A stretch of 64,000 bases of DNA from an uncultured delta proteobacterium (GTDB lineage: Bacteria > Desulfobacterota > Binatia > UBA9968), in NCBI GenBank assembly GCA_963728565.1, contig CAVSLC010000013.1:1-64000 (forward strand), written 5' to 3'. Shown here one piece after another: positions 19,292 to 29,694 of this stretch. The position numbers and the translations under genes were made by a program. The notes under the pieces were generated by a model. That model saw only the letters and a program-made list of their open reading frames with translations. It was not told the origin of the DNA and ran no database searches. The stretch's first letter is position 1. The number at the start of each line of letters is the position of its first letter.

Positions 19292-20152
19292 ATGATTCGT
19301 GTGACCGCCATTGTTCCGACTTGCAATCGGCCGGACTTGTTGGAGCGCGCTCTACGCTCCATCGCCGCGCAAGAGTTTGCCCCTCAGGAAGTCATCGTTG
19401 TGGACGATGCCGACGTAGTTTGCAACGATAGCACTTTCCAAGTATTGCAAAGGTCCGGGTTGCGTGGCGCCCACGTGGTCGCCAACTCGCGCGCAAAGGG
19501 GGCAAGCGGCGCGCGGAACACGGGAGCGGCGCTCGCGACAGGGGATCTGCTGGCCTTTCTCGACGATGATGACGAATGGCTGCCTTCGTATCTCGCTCAG
19601 GCGGTTCACGCATTCAGTTCTAGGAAACTCGACGCCATGTGCGCAGACCTGTTGTGCCGGTTCGACGATGGGATTGACCGCCCCGGCAAGGCGGCGCCTG
19701 ATAACCTTCAGCCCGAGATTTTTTTGATACGCAACCCGGGATTGGGCGGTTCGAACGTTATCCTACGGCGCGCCTTGTATTGTGAAGTCGGCGGTTTCGA
19801 CGAATCGCTACCGGCCTGTAACGATCGGGACTTTGGCATTCGTCTGAGTCTCTACCAAGGAGTCAAATACCGACGCTTGCCTGAAAGGCTCGTGCGCTTT
19901 CACCAACACAGGGGGCCAAAGTTGTGCACTGTGAAAGGAGACGCGATGCGCGCCGGGATTCGTCGCTTCTATGAGATCCATTCCCATCGTATGACCGAAG
20001 CGCAGCGCGGGGAATTTCGCGCGAACGTGCGGTTTTTTTGGGGGATCGACGAACAGGGCGAAATTTTGGACGGTCAACCGGCTAGCATGTACGAACCGTT
20101 GCTGCCGCTTTTAAAGGCTCGACTGGATGAGAAGAGGCGTCAGCTGCGTTAG
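19292..20152 (+). CDS. Glycosyltransferase family 2 (divergent type)
   Basis: AIVPTCNRPDLL, VVDD, ARNTG, FLDDDDEW, GGFDE. Confidence 0.88.
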   Translation: MIRVTAIVPTCNRPDLLERALRSIAAQEFAPQEVIVVDDADVVCNDSTFQVLQRSGLRGAHVVANSRAKGASGARNTGAALATGDLLAFLDDDDEWLPSYLAQAVHAFSSRKLDAMCADLLCRFDDGIDRPGKAAPDNLQPEIFLIRNPGLGGSNVILRRALYCEVGGFDESLPACNDRDFGIRLSLYQGVKYRRLPERLVRFHQHRGPKLCTVKGDAMRAGIRRFYEIHSHRMTEAQRGEFRANVRFFWGIDEQGEILDGQPASMYEPLLPLLKARLDEKRRQLR

Positions 20153-20157
20153 CCTGC

Positions 20158-20910
20158 ATGCGCGTGATTATCACCGGCGCTGCCGGAGAAATCGGCGGCC
20201 AAATAGTCGAGGAGCTCTTCGACAGCCACGACCTCTGTCTCGTGGATCGGCGCCCGGTGGCCGGTCGCATGTCTCTGATTGCCGACCTCTCAAAGAGTTA
20301 CTCTTGGATGCGCTGGCTACGCTGGATGAGGGTGTCCGAATACCCGCGCTGGATGGAAGTGTTTGAGGGCGCCGACGTTGTCCTTCATCTCGCCGTAGAT
20401 CAACGTCGGGCGGTACCCGAGCAGCAACGGCTTTTTAATAACATGCAAATCACTCTAAATGTCATGGAAGCAGCGATACGCCACCACGTTTCGCGCGTGG
20501 TATTTGCCAGCTCCAACTGGGCAGTCAAAGGAACTGAACGTGAATTGGCGCCTGCTTGCTACCTGCCTGATGGACCGAAGATCGGCTCGGACGCGCCGCC
20601 CCGCCCGATCAACGCGTACGGAGTCGCGAAAGCTTTTGGCGAAATCAGCGGTCGCATGGCGGTCGATCGGAGTCAGTTAGAAACGTTCGTAGCTGTCCGA
20701 ATCGGCTCTTTTCTGCCGTTCCCTCCAGAAGACGAGCGCCGGACCCGCTGGATCGGCGTGCAGGATATTCGGCGGCTTCTGCGGCGTTGTGTCGAGGCGC
20801 AATTTAGAGGATTCCACGTGGTTTACGGTGTTTCTGCGCAACCGACCGCGCCTTACGATCTTTCCCACACCCGAAAGCTGCTGTGCTGGCAGCCTCAGCT
20901 ACAGCCGTGA
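20158..20910 (+). CDS. NAD-dependent epimerase/dehydratase, uronate-dehydrogenase-like SDR (paralog 3)
   Basis: TGAAGEIG, FASSNW, YGVAK; paralog of 2502 and 3288. Confidence 0.85.
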   Translation: MRVIITGAAGEIGGQIVEELFDSHDLCLVDRRPVAGRMSLIADLSKSYSWMRWLRWMRVSEYPRWMEVFEGADVVLHLAVDQRRAVPEQQRLFNNMQITLNVMEAAIRHHVSRVVFASSNWAVKGTERELAPACYLPDGPKIGSDAPPRPINAYGVAKAFGEISGRMAVDRSQLETFVAVRIGSFLPFPPEDERRTRWIGVQDIRRLLRRCVEAQFRGFHVVYGVSAQPTAPYDLSHTRKLLCWQPQLQP

Positions 20911-20944
20911 GTGGCCAACCGCGCTCGTATTTTTGAAAACGGTT

Positions 20945-21796
20945 ATGGAAGCTAAAAAGCTCGTAGGCGCGCGCGATGAAGCTGACTACAGTTCACTCCT
21001 TCTTAGTCATAGAGACGTTGCCGCTTACGAGTATCCATTTTTCCATGGCTGTATTGACAATTATCTACCCGACGAGCTTTACCGGTCTTTGCTGCAGAGT
21101 TTCCCCAAGGAAACCCTCCGTATCAATTATAGTGCCGAAAACACACTTGGCAGTGACCATTCGAGATTGACGGATTTTTGGCGAGCAAGCCCGTTATGCA
21201 AAAACCTGCTGAGGTTTTTCACGTCAGCCACATTCCTGCAAGATCTAAGAAAATTTGTTACACCCGCGATCAGCCGCGACCCCGACCGCACCGATCAGCC
21301 AGAGTGGTATTACGTAAACGGCTGGTCCGGTGCGACGGAAAGGAGAGAGCGCAAACCGATCCGAGTCACTTTCAAGTTTTCGCGTTTGACTTCAAGCGGA
21401 TGGATACCGCCCCACACTGACAATCCCTGCAAGCTTTTCTCCTTTGTTTTCTACTTCGCGGAATCTGATTGGCGGGAAAGCTACGGCGGCGGCACTGAAA
21501 TCTATGAACCTAAGATCGCTGCGCTCAGGAACAATTGGCGGAACCTCGAGATGCCTTTCGAATTTATGCGTCGCCGGCGTACTTTCGCGTTCCTGCCGAA
21601 CCGGCTCGTGTTTCTTATGAAATCCAGGAACTCCTGGCACGGCGTTTCACCTCTTGCCTGTCCCCAAGAAAGGTCACGGAAATCGTTGCTGGTAACGTTC
21701 CACGACGGTCCATATCATCCGGAGAACACAATGCATGCGACAGCGCATAGCCTGATCCGCAGCTGGATGCAGCTGAAAGGTTATCCATCATCCTGA
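20945..21796 (+). CDS. 2-oxoglutarate/Fe(II)-dependent oxygenase
   Basis: YPFFHGCIDNYLP, HTD...GGGT...SWHGV...RKS facial-triad pattern. Confidence 0.8.
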   Translation: MEAKKLVGARDEADYSSLLLSHRDVAAYEYPFFHGCIDNYLPDELYRSLLQSFPKETLRINYSAENTLGSDHSRLTDFWRASPLCKNLLRFFTSATFLQDLRKFVTPAISRDPDRTDQPEWYYVNGWSGATERRERKPIRVTFKFSRLTSSGWIPPHTDNPCKLFSFVFYFAESDWRESYGGGTEIYEPKIAALRNNWRNLEMPFEFMRRRRTFAFLPNRLVFLMKSRNSWHGVSPLACPQERSRKSLLVTFHDGPYHPENTMHATAHSLIRSWMQLKGYPSS

Positions 21797-21885
21797 AGGC
21801 GAACGACTAGGGTCTTCCGGTCCCCACGAGACTGTAACGGCTCGATATCCAGGACATGGCCTGGAGTCATTCGAGGAGGTTCATC

Positions 21886-22770
21886 ATGTCCTCTGTCGCT
21901 ATGGCGGTTTTCAACAACAAGATTCCCCTGTTTGAGCGTCTCCAAATTGAATCACAATCGAACTGCAACCGGTCGTGCTGGTTTTGCCCGCGCACCTACG
22001 ATCGTTCTGGAAAATACCTGGATGCCGACGGCGCGCCCGTCTTCAATGAGATGCCGATAGAGAAAATAATTGACCTCCTTGATCAGGCGCGGGCGATGGG
22101 ATTCCAAGGACGCGTGGCTTTTTACCATTATTCCGAGCCTCTGCTCGATAAACGAAACATCATGCTGGCCCGGGAAGCCAGACGACGCGGCATGAAGCCC
22201 TACCTGCACACGAACGGCGACGTGCTAAGACACGACGATGTGTTATGCGCGGAGGTCAAGCAAGTCTATGGGCTTATCGTGGTGGGACTCTACGACTACA
22301 AAACAAACGAAGAGCTTGAAGTCGCCAAGCGCTACTGGCAGAGGAGACTGGCGGGGGCCAACCTGGAGTTTAGCCCTATCGGTCTCTCTTCAGCCAGAGC
22401 GAGCCACGGCATCGGCATTCCCCGGGCTCTGGTACCTTCGGATTCTCGCATGTCCACGCCTGATGTCACCTTCGCCCACGCGCCCTGTCACCGGCCGTTA
22501 ATCCGGCTGCTGATTCAGCACGATGGTGAAATGTGTCACTGCTGCGAGGATAATTACGGGGCATTCAAACTAGGCAATGTGCACAAACACTCCTTGGAAG
22601 AGCTTTGGTTTTCCGAACGCCACGTCCGGATCATTACCGAGCTGATTGCAGGCCAGCGGCAAAACTACGCGTTGTGTCAGAACTGCCCGCTTCCTCCGAC
22701 CGGTTCGGCTTTGGTCGGTAGGAAGATCGAAATCAGGCCGCGTCGCAACGACGGCATAAGCAAGCAATAG
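21886..22770 (+). CDS. Radical SAM protein with BtrN-like Twitch/SPASM domain
   Basis: CNRSCWFC; PCHRP...DGEMCHCCED...LGNV...SLEELW...LCQNC; RBS GGAGG before ATG 21886. Confidence 0.88.
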   Translation: MSSVAMAVFNNKIPLFERLQIESQSNCNRSCWFCPRTYDRSGKYLDADGAPVFNEMPIEKIIDLLDQARAMGFQGRVAFYHYSEPLLDKRNIMLAREARRRGMKPYLHTNGDVLRHDDVLCAEVKQVYGLIVVGLYDYKTNEELEVAKRYWQRRLAGANLEFSPIGLSSARASHGIGIPRALVPSDSRMSTPDVTFAHAPCHRPLIRLLIQHDGEMCHCCEDNYGAFKLGNVHKHSLEELWFSERHVRIITELIAGQRQNYALCQNCPLPPTGSALVGRKIEIRPRRNDGISKQ

Positions 22771-22780
22771 GAACAGGCCG

Positions 22781-23905
22781 ATGCGTGTCTTGTTCTGGTC
22801 AAGCGCTTTTTTGCCTCAGATAGGAGGCATCGGAGTGCTCGCTGCTCAATTCTTGCCGGCGATGCGCGCACGCGGCTATGAGTACGTCGTCACTGCGTCC
22901 CAGGGTGATCGAAGCCTACCCTCAAGTGCGACGCGGAAAGGAATTCCCGTTCATCGGTTTCCTTTTTGGCAATCGCTGGCCAACATCGACGAGCTTGTGG
23001 AAGTACGGCAGCAGGTGGCTGAACTCAAGCGGCGTTTCGCGCCCGATCTGATTCACATCAACGGCCCCGGGCGCGATGATTTTTTTCACCTCGTGACAGC
23101 TAGTGCCCATCCCGCGCCTTTGCTGGTTACATTGCATGGAGAATGGGTAAAGGAAGCCGATGCGATCGTAAAACGTACTCTACAGAGCGCTGCTTGGGTA
23201 GTTGGGTGCTCGAATGCGATTCTCGAGAAAGGACAGCGACTGGCGCCCGAGATAGTCCCTCATTCATCCGTCATTTATAACGCTGTCGCTGAAACCCTCG
23301 TTGTCCCTGCGCCTCTACCCACTCAATCACAACGGCTTCTTTGCATCGGTCGACTTTCTAAAGAAAAAGGTTTTGATTTGGCTTTGACTGCGTTCGCTTG
23401 CATTGTGAATCGGCTCCCCGATTTACGTTTGGTCATCGCTGGAGACGGACCTGAACGGAGGCGGCTGGAAAACCAGGCCGTCGAGATGGGACTAAAAGAC
23501 ACCATTCAGTTCCTAGGATGGGTTGCTCCAGAAAATGTCCCGGGGTTAATCAACACAGCTACAGTGGTGGTCATGCCGTCTCGTGCCGAATCGCTTCCGA
23601 TGGTGGCGTTACAGGCGGCCCAGATGGCTCGTCCGGTCGCCGGGACCCGTGTGGGGGGCCTTCCTGAAGTTGTCATTGACCACGAGACGGGATTCCTGGT
23701 CGACAAAGAAAATCCCGAAGCGCTGGCCAACGCGATAGCATTTTTACTTGATCATCCCGAAAGAGCTACTCGGATGGGGCAAGCTGCACGAGACCGGGTG
23801 CAAAGGGATTTTGATTGGGAGCGACACGTGAATGCTTATGACCGTCTGTACAACAAACTGATGAGCGCCGGGGCAACTGCGAGTCTCCTATCTCAGGAGA
23901 ATTGA
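22781..23905 (+). CDS. Glycosyltransferase family 4 (paralog family B)
   Basis: RVLFWSSAFLPQIGG, GRLSKEKG, ESLPMVALQA. Confidence 0.9.
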   Translation: MRVLFWSSAFLPQIGGIGVLAAQFLPAMRARGYEYVVTASQGDRSLPSSATRKGIPVHRFPFWQSLANIDELVEVRQQVAELKRRFAPDLIHINGPGRDDFFHLVTASAHPAPLLVTLHGEWVKEADAIVKRTLQSAAWVVGCSNAILEKGQRLAPEIVPHSSVIYNAVAETLVVPAPLPTQSQRLLCIGRLSKEKGFDLALTAFACIVNRLPDLRLVIAGDGPERRRLENQAVEMGLKDTIQFLGWVAPENVPGLINTATVVVMPSRAESLPMVALQAAQMARPVAGTRVGGLPEVVIDHETGFLVDKENPEALANAIAFLLDHPERATRMGQAARDRVQRDFDWERHVNAYDRLYNKLMSAGATASLLSQEN

Positions 23906-23907
23906 TC

Positions 23908-25752
23908 ATGCCCGGCCTGAGTTTCATTTGTGACCTGAAGGGTGGCCTCCGTCGTGAGTCGGTTCCCATTCTGAAGACGATGGAATCATTGAAGCACGAC
24001 GAGCAATACGAACGACATGAGTGGTTGAACGATGATTGTCATTACCTAGGCTACACCGCCTACGGAGAGTATCCGATCCGGTACTTCGATTTGGACGACG
24101 TTATCATTTATCTGGAAGGGCGGTGTTATGGGAGAAAGCCGACTACTGAAGAGAAGGCGCTTGGTGAGCTTGCAGACTTGGTATTCAGGGTGAGTGGCGG
24201 TGCGCAAGAGCGATTGGTGGATTGGTTACGCGACGCTGACGGTGATTTTGTTGCGTTGCTGTTCCACAAGAATACGGAAGACATTTTCATCATCAACGAT
24301 ATTTTCGGCCGTTTGCCGTTGTATTACTGGCAAACCTCCCAAAGGTTCATCCTTTCGCGGGAATTGCGATTCATTGCTGATCTCATGGACCTCAAAAGGT
24401 TCGACAGGATGGCCCTGGCGCAGCATCTGCTCATCGGCTATCCGCTAGGCGAGAGAACCTTGCTGGAGAATGTCTTTCGACTGCCGCCGGCGACCTCTAT
24501 CAGAATCGCCAGAAACCCGACGCGGATTACGATCGATCGTCTTTATCACTTCAACTGCGAACTTAAAACCAATGAGCACCGGACTGTTAAGGAGAACGCG
24601 GCACAACTGGCCGTATTGTTTTCACAATCATGCGCTGCGCGTGCCTTGCCGGATGCGAAAACCGTTGTCTCCCTAAGCGGAGGTTTTGATTCACGAGCCA
24701 TCGCCGCTTGTAATCATAAGACTGGAATAGCCTACCGTGCTGCGACCTTTCTCGACTCTAACGGAAATGCGGCAGCCGATGTCCCGGTGGCGCGAAGGAT
24801 CGCAGATTTGTTTCAGGTTGAGTGGCGGCTTTTTTCACTGGAATCTCCGACAGCTCAAGATACGCTCAAGCTGTTGCAGATGAAGAACGGCCTGAACCCT
24901 CTTTACTTGTCTTTCCTGCTGAATTTTCTGAGTCGGATCAGGAAATCATGGGGATCCGACGTAATTTTGGTTTCGGGGGAGATTGGTGACCGGATACTGC
25001 CGGACCGGCGGCCTTCCATCGAAATTGCCGGCGCCGAGCAACTGATAAACCATGTTACTACGCATGATCCTAAGTTTTCGTTGGATACGGTGAGTGCGCT
25101 AACGGCTCTCGATACAGCGGACATAGTCGACGAGCTGAGCGCACATATCCGTTCGTATCCGGAGCACGGCTGGCTCGGAAGATATATCCATTTTGTGACT
25201 TACGAGAGGATCTTCAAGTGGCTCACCGAAGGCGAAGACCGAAACCGATGCTTCTTTGGGAGCGCAACTCCCTACTCAGCATTCGAGTTCTTTGATTTTG
25301 CCATGCGCTGTCCGGATGAGCAGAAATCCTATTACGGCTTGTATCGCGAATTTCTCATGCAGCTATCTCCGGCCGCGGCCGCTATCGAGCACGCGGGAAC
25401 AGGAGCGGCGGTGACGTCGAGCCGTTTCAAGACGTTTCGTAAAGCTCTGGCGTTTTTGCAGGACGATACCGATCTACGTAGACGACTCCAGACGGTTGTG
25501 GGATCGCCAAAAGGTTACGATCACGATCCGGTGACGACTGCCTATTTGCGGCGTCAGGCTGTGGAGTGCGATGCGCTTTTCGAATACTTCTCCGCGCCTG
25601 TATTGCGTGACATCATCGATCAGCCGACGAACTACACGAAGGAATCGATTGACCTGTTGTTTACGATCACGGCGACCATCGAAGAGCGATTGACGGGGAA
25701 GAGCGTCCTAGAGCGTTGTGGTCCGACTATGGAAGGATCTGATGGCCAATAA
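23908..25752 (+). CDS. Asparagine-synthetase-related protein lacking the N-terminal catalytic Cys
   Basis: Starts MPGL; NDIFGRLPLYY, RTLLENVFRLPPA, PP-loop SLSGGFDSR. Confidence 0.8.
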   Translation: MPGLSFICDLKGGLRRESVPILKTMESLKHDEQYERHEWLNDDCHYLGYTAYGEYPIRYFDLDDVIIYLEGRCYGRKPTTEEKALGELADLVFRVSGGAQERLVDWLRDADGDFVALLFHKNTEDIFIINDIFGRLPLYYWQTSQRFILSRELRFIADLMDLKRFDRMALAQHLLIGYPLGERTLLENVFRLPPATSIRIARNPTRITIDRLYHFNCELKTNEHRTVKENAAQLAVLFSQSCAARALPDAKTVVSLSGGFDSRAIAACNHKTGIAYRAATFLDSNGNAAADVPVARRIADLFQVEWRLFSLESPTAQDTLKLLQMKNGLNPLYLSFLLNFLSRIRKSWGSDVILVSGEIGDRILPDRRPSIEIAGAEQLINHVTTHDPKFSLDTVSALTALDTADIVDELSAHIRSYPEHGWLGRYIHFVTYERIFKWLTEGEDRNRCFFGSATPYSAFEFFDFAMRCPDEQKSYYGLYREFLMQLSPAAAAIEHAGTGAAVTSSRFKTFRKALAFLQDDTDLRRRLQTVVGSPKGYDHDPVTTAYLRRQAVECDALFEYFSAPVLRDIIDQPTNYTKESIDLLFTITATIEERLTGKSVLERCGPTMEGSDGQ

Positions 25753-27103
25753 ACCCATTCCTTATGTGCCGACCGGGTCTTTCGACAAATCGTTCGGAGT
25801 TGGACTGGAAACGATTAAAACTGCGACAAGGCCGGCTCTTTACCTTATTTCGTTGCTAGGATATGCGGCGCTGCGGCTTCTAAACTTCGATGCGCTTGAA
25901 GAGGTCAGGTCATTTCCCGATACCGCTGTGTATATCAAGCTCGCCTCCCGGTCACTATCCGATCTTGTTTTTTGGGCTGGACCGCGTCCCTGGAGCACGC
26001 CGCTTGTGTTTAAGATGCTGGGAAATGATCCGCCGTCGATCGGCATTTTTCAACTAACGTTTTCGATAGTCTCCTGGGGACTTCTCGCGCTCTGCGTCGC
26101 TAGAGTCGTGCAGCTTTTCTGGCTCAAACCGGTTGCCTTCGGCTTGGTGCTCCTGTTCAGCTTGAGCGCCGAAATCGTCATGTGGGACGGCGTGCTATTG
26201 CCGGATTCTATTTCCCTCTCCTTGATGGCTTTGCTGATTGCCGGCTGGATGTGGATGCTGGAATCCTGGCGGTGGTACAAAGCCGTGCTGGTCATGCTGA
26301 TCGCCTCAATCTGGTCGTCTACCCAGGATACCAACGCATGGGTTGTGCTAATGGCCGCCGGGGCATTGCTGATTGGGGCGGCGTCAGGGCGAGTCAAACA
26401 CCGCTACATTGTCATAGCGGCGGCATTTGCCGTTGTTTTTGCCGTCAATGATTATGCAGCGAACCGGGCGCATCGCTGGGTAGTTGCCTTCATGAATAAC
26501 GTGGGACTGAGGGTATTGCCTTTCACTGATCGTACTGAGTATTTTGCGCGCGCCGGAATGCCGGTGACTCCGGCGTTAATGGAACGCGCCGGCAAGAAAG
26601 CGTGGACCGACAACTGGGCGTTTTTCAAGGAGCCTGAACTTGAGGGGTTTCGGCAATGGCTATACGCGCACGGCAAGCTTACCTACATGCGGTTCTTATT
26701 ATCGCATCCCGCCATGACGATTCAGGAGCCTCTTCGTCATCCTGAGCTGCTGCTTTCTGCGGAAGTCCGCAATTACGCTCCAGCCGGTTTCGCACCGGTC
26801 ATCGGCGGCGCCTTGGCGGAAATTGTATATGCCAAGAAGTGGGCTTTGTTGTGCATTTGGGCCGGCGCAGTCGCCTTCGGCTCGGCCCTGGGCCTAAGGC
26901 TCTGGAGATATAACGTTCTCTTCATTATACCGTTGGCCTTGATCCTCTTTGCTTACCCGCATGGAGTCCTTGTCTGGCACGCCGACCCAAATGAGATAGA
27001 CAGGCATGCCTTTCGGGCCGGTGTCCACTTTCGACTCGGGCTATGGCTGCTTGTTGTTTTTGCGGCTGACCTCATCCTCAATCGACATGCGGCAAGAAGA
27101 TGA
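25742..27103 (+). CDS. Polytopic membrane protein, GT-C (ArnT/PMT-like) candidate
   Basis: About 10 TM segments; early-loop FPDTAVY and later LLPDSISLSL motifs. Confidence 0.6.
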   Translation: MANKPIPYVPTGSFDKSFGVGLETIKTATRPALYLISLLGYAALRLLNFDALEEVRSFPDTAVYIKLASRSLSDLVFWAGPRPWSTPLVFKMLGNDPPSIGIFQLTFSIVSWGLLALCVARVVQLFWLKPVAFGLVLLFSLSAEIVMWDGVLLPDSISLSLMALLIAGWMWMLESWRWYKAVLVMLIASIWSSTQDTNAWVVLMAAGALLIGAASGRVKHRYIVIAAAFAVVFAVNDYAANRAHRWVVAFMNNVGLRVLPFTDRTEYFARAGMPVTPALMERAGKKAWTDNWAFFKEPELEGFRQWLYAHGKLTYMRFLLSHPAMTIQEPLRHPELLLSAEVRNYAPAGFAPVIGGALAEIVYAKKWALLCIWAGAVAFGSALGLRLWRYNVLFIIPLALILFAYPHGVLVWHADPNEIDRHAFRAGVHFRLGLWLLVVFAADLILNRHAARR

Positions 27104-27160
27104 TGCTAATTCACGGCGACGGCGGTTCATGCATACGCTAGTACCGACCCCCGCCGGATC

Positions 27161-27380
27161 ATGCGCTTCTCTTTTGGTCGGAAATATCGTTTGGGCCCCG
27201 TTTGGATGGCGTCGAAAATCTCGCCGCCAGATTACCCCCGGCTTTAAATTGCCGCCGGCTATGAGTGCGCGGTAGTTAGCTGGGAAACTTAAGGAACCCC
27301 GATCAAAATCTCGTATCGAGGCATTCCGATATGCCGTTTTCCTTTTCTTGGGGGAAGGCACCGAGCCGGCTTGAGATCTA
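27161..27380 (+). pseudogene. Decayed GT4 5' fragment (closest to 30569)
   Basis: DNA ...gatggcgtcgaaaatctcgccgccagattac... matches the 30569 gene ...ggtggcgtcgaaaatctcgccgccagactac..., with multiple indels. Confidence 0.8.
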
Positions 27381-27560
27381 GGATATTTGGCAGCCTGAGA
27401 AGCGTATTCGGCATATTGGCCGTCCGAAGTGGCGGAAAAGGGCGGCTCTATGGTGCGAAGCTATGGTGCGAAAAGAGAGGTCGTTCCGATAGGCTAAGAT
27501 TTACAACGCATCAAGAGAGCGAATAAGCCCGGAAAGACTTTAGATCGAACGAACACGATT

Positions 27561-29630
27561 ATGTGTGCTATCGCTGGAATCATCAATCTCAACGGTCACC
27601 CGGTTGACATTAGATTACTCCGCAGGATGAACGATCAACTTCGTCATCGCGGCCGTGACGATGAAGGATATGTCTTTATCCAGCCAGACCTTGGTTCCTG
27701 GGTTGAATACTCCGGAGCTGACACCCCGAGACTTCTTGTTGAGACTTACCCAGTGCTGCGCGATTCGCACCATCATCTCCCCTTCGCAATTGGCCTCGCA
27801 CATCGGCGCTTTGCGATCGTTGATTTGACGACAAGAGCGCATCAACCATTTTTCGACTCGGACAAGGTTTGCTGTGCCGTCTTCAATGGGGAAATTTTTA
27901 ATTATATAGAGTTGCGGGATGCCCTCGTGAAACGCGGACATCATTTCCGTTCGGCTTCTGACACCGAGGTAATCGTTGAAGCATATAAGGCTTGGGGAGT
28001 GGAATGCTTCTCTCACTTCAATGGCATGTGGGCGATGGCTTTGTATGACTTTAGAAACAAACGTTTGATTGTGAGCCGGGATCGGTTAGGCGAGATTCCA
28101 CTGTACTGGGCCAGAATTCAGGACTCGGTTTATTTCGCTTCTGAAATTAAAGCCTTGCTGGAAGTCTCAAGTACTCAGTCAGTTAATGAGGCGGCCCTTT
28201 ATCCCTATTTGGTCCGTGGTTTCCAACATGTGAACGACGAGACTTTCGTTCAGGGCATCTCTAGTTTTCCGGCTGCGAGCTGGGCAGTGCTGGACCAAAA
28301 TTTTCCGACCACGGCTCGGCGTTACTGGAAAGCTCCAAGGCAGCGATTTGACGAACGCGAGGTGTGCGTGAGCGAAGCGATTCGCTCCATTCGAGACGCG
28401 CTTCAAGATGCCGTGCGTATTCGCTTGCGCGCGGATGTCCCTTGCTGCGTGACGTTGAGTGGTGGTCTGGACTCATCGGTGTTAGTTGCATTGGCTGCTC
28501 AGTGTTCTGGGGCAAAGGTGATAGCTCATACAATACGCTTTGCGGAGAAGCAATGCGATGAAGAACCGTTTGCCCGTGCGGTCGCGCGCTATTGTGGCGC
28601 CGAACATCGCATCGTAGACCCGCCGCTGGACAACTTCTGGCATGAAATTCTTCCCTTCACGTATCTCGCAGAAGAGCCGTATCATGCCCCGAATATTTAT
28701 ATCAGACAATTATTCCACCGCGCGATGCGGTCGGAAGGCTTTAAGGTAGTTTTGGTGGGCGAAGGCGGCGATGAGCTTTTTGCCGGCTATATGAGGCATT
28801 TTGATCTTCTACAAACGGAAGCCCTGCGGGCTCATCGGTTTGGCATGTTTCTGGACAATCATCTGCGTTGGTCAGAAACAGATACCCACGTAAAACCACT
28901 GGCCAGACTCATCGTTCAGAAAATTAAGGGGAGTCTGCTACGCCTGGATCCATCCATATCGAAAGCCAGCAGTGCTAAACGCCAGGCCGAATACGAGCGC
29001 ATGGATGGATATGTCAATCTGCCACCCCTTGTGCCCAACGGTGACTACTCTCGCACGACTTTATCTGCGGTACTCTATGATGAGATCACCAGCACTAGTA
29101 TCCCCTATTGGGTCCGGGCCAATGACAGAATGCGCATGGGCATTCCTATCGAGGGTCGATCGCCGTTTCTCGATTACCGCGTGGTCGAGTTAGCGTTGAC
29201 GTTGCCCGTGACTTATCTCATCCGACACGGATGGCACAAATGGATACTGCGAAAAGCCTTCGAGGAGCTACTGCCACAGGAAGTCGTTTGGCGAAAGCAG
29301 AAAGCGGGCTTTCCTACTCCATTTCAGCGCTTCGTTGTAACCAGCCCGCCGACCATCCGGAGGCTGCTCAAGCAACTGCATAATCCTTACGTTGATTTGC
29401 CGTTGTTTGAGCGTTTGACGAAGCATCACGCGCAAAAGCGCAACGAATGGAGCGCGCATATCCACTGGTGGCGTATGATCAGTTTTTTGCTTTGGTACGA
29501 ACTGTTCGTCAATCGAAACCAGGAGCTATTCGCAACCATCCAAAGAGAACAACGTGACAGCACCGAATATGTCGAAGACGAGTTCGAGCCGCACTTTCTG
29601 CGCTCCTGTGCACGTGCGAGGCTGTCTTAG
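27561..29630 (+). CDS. asnB: Asparagine synthase (glutamine-hydrolysing)-type amidotransferase
   Basis: N-terminal MCAIAG, HRGRDDEG, FNGEIFNY, LSGGLDSS, GEGGDELFAGY, RSPFLDYR. Confidence 0.88.
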   Translation: MCAIAGIINLNGHPVDIRLLRRMNDQLRHRGRDDEGYVFIQPDLGSWVEYSGADTPRLLVETYPVLRDSHHHLPFAIGLAHRRFAIVDLTTRAHQPFFDSDKVCCAVFNGEIFNYIELRDALVKRGHHFRSASDTEVIVEAYKAWGVECFSHFNGMWAMALYDFRNKRLIVSRDRLGEIPLYWARIQDSVYFASEIKALLEVSSTQSVNEAALYPYLVRGFQHVNDETFVQGISSFPAASWAVLDQNFPTTARRYWKAPRQRFDEREVCVSEAIRSIRDALQDAVRIRLRADVPCCVTLSGGLDSSVLVALAAQCSGAKVIAHTIRFAEKQCDEEPFARAVARYCGAEHRIVDPPLDNFWHEILPFTYLAEEPYHAPNIYIRQLFHRAMRSEGFKVVLVGEGGDELFAGYMRHFDLLQTEALRAHRFGMFLDNHLRWSETDTHVKPLARLIVQKIKGSLLRLDPSISKASSAKRQAEYERMDGYVNLPPLVPNGDYSRTTLSAVLYDEITSTSIPYWVRANDRMRMGIPIEGRSPFLDYRVVELALTLPVTYLIRHGWHKWILRKAFEELLPQEVVWRKQKAGFPTPFQRFVVTSPPTIRRLLKQLHNPYVDLPLFERLTKHHAQKRNEWSAHIHWWRMISFLLWYELFVNRNQELFATIQREQRDSTEYVEDEFEPHFLRSCARARLS

Positions 29631-29694
29631 GATCCTTGCAAGCATCTGCATTCGCCGACGCATGAACCTCTTAAAAGGGTAAAGTGAAGTCTTC

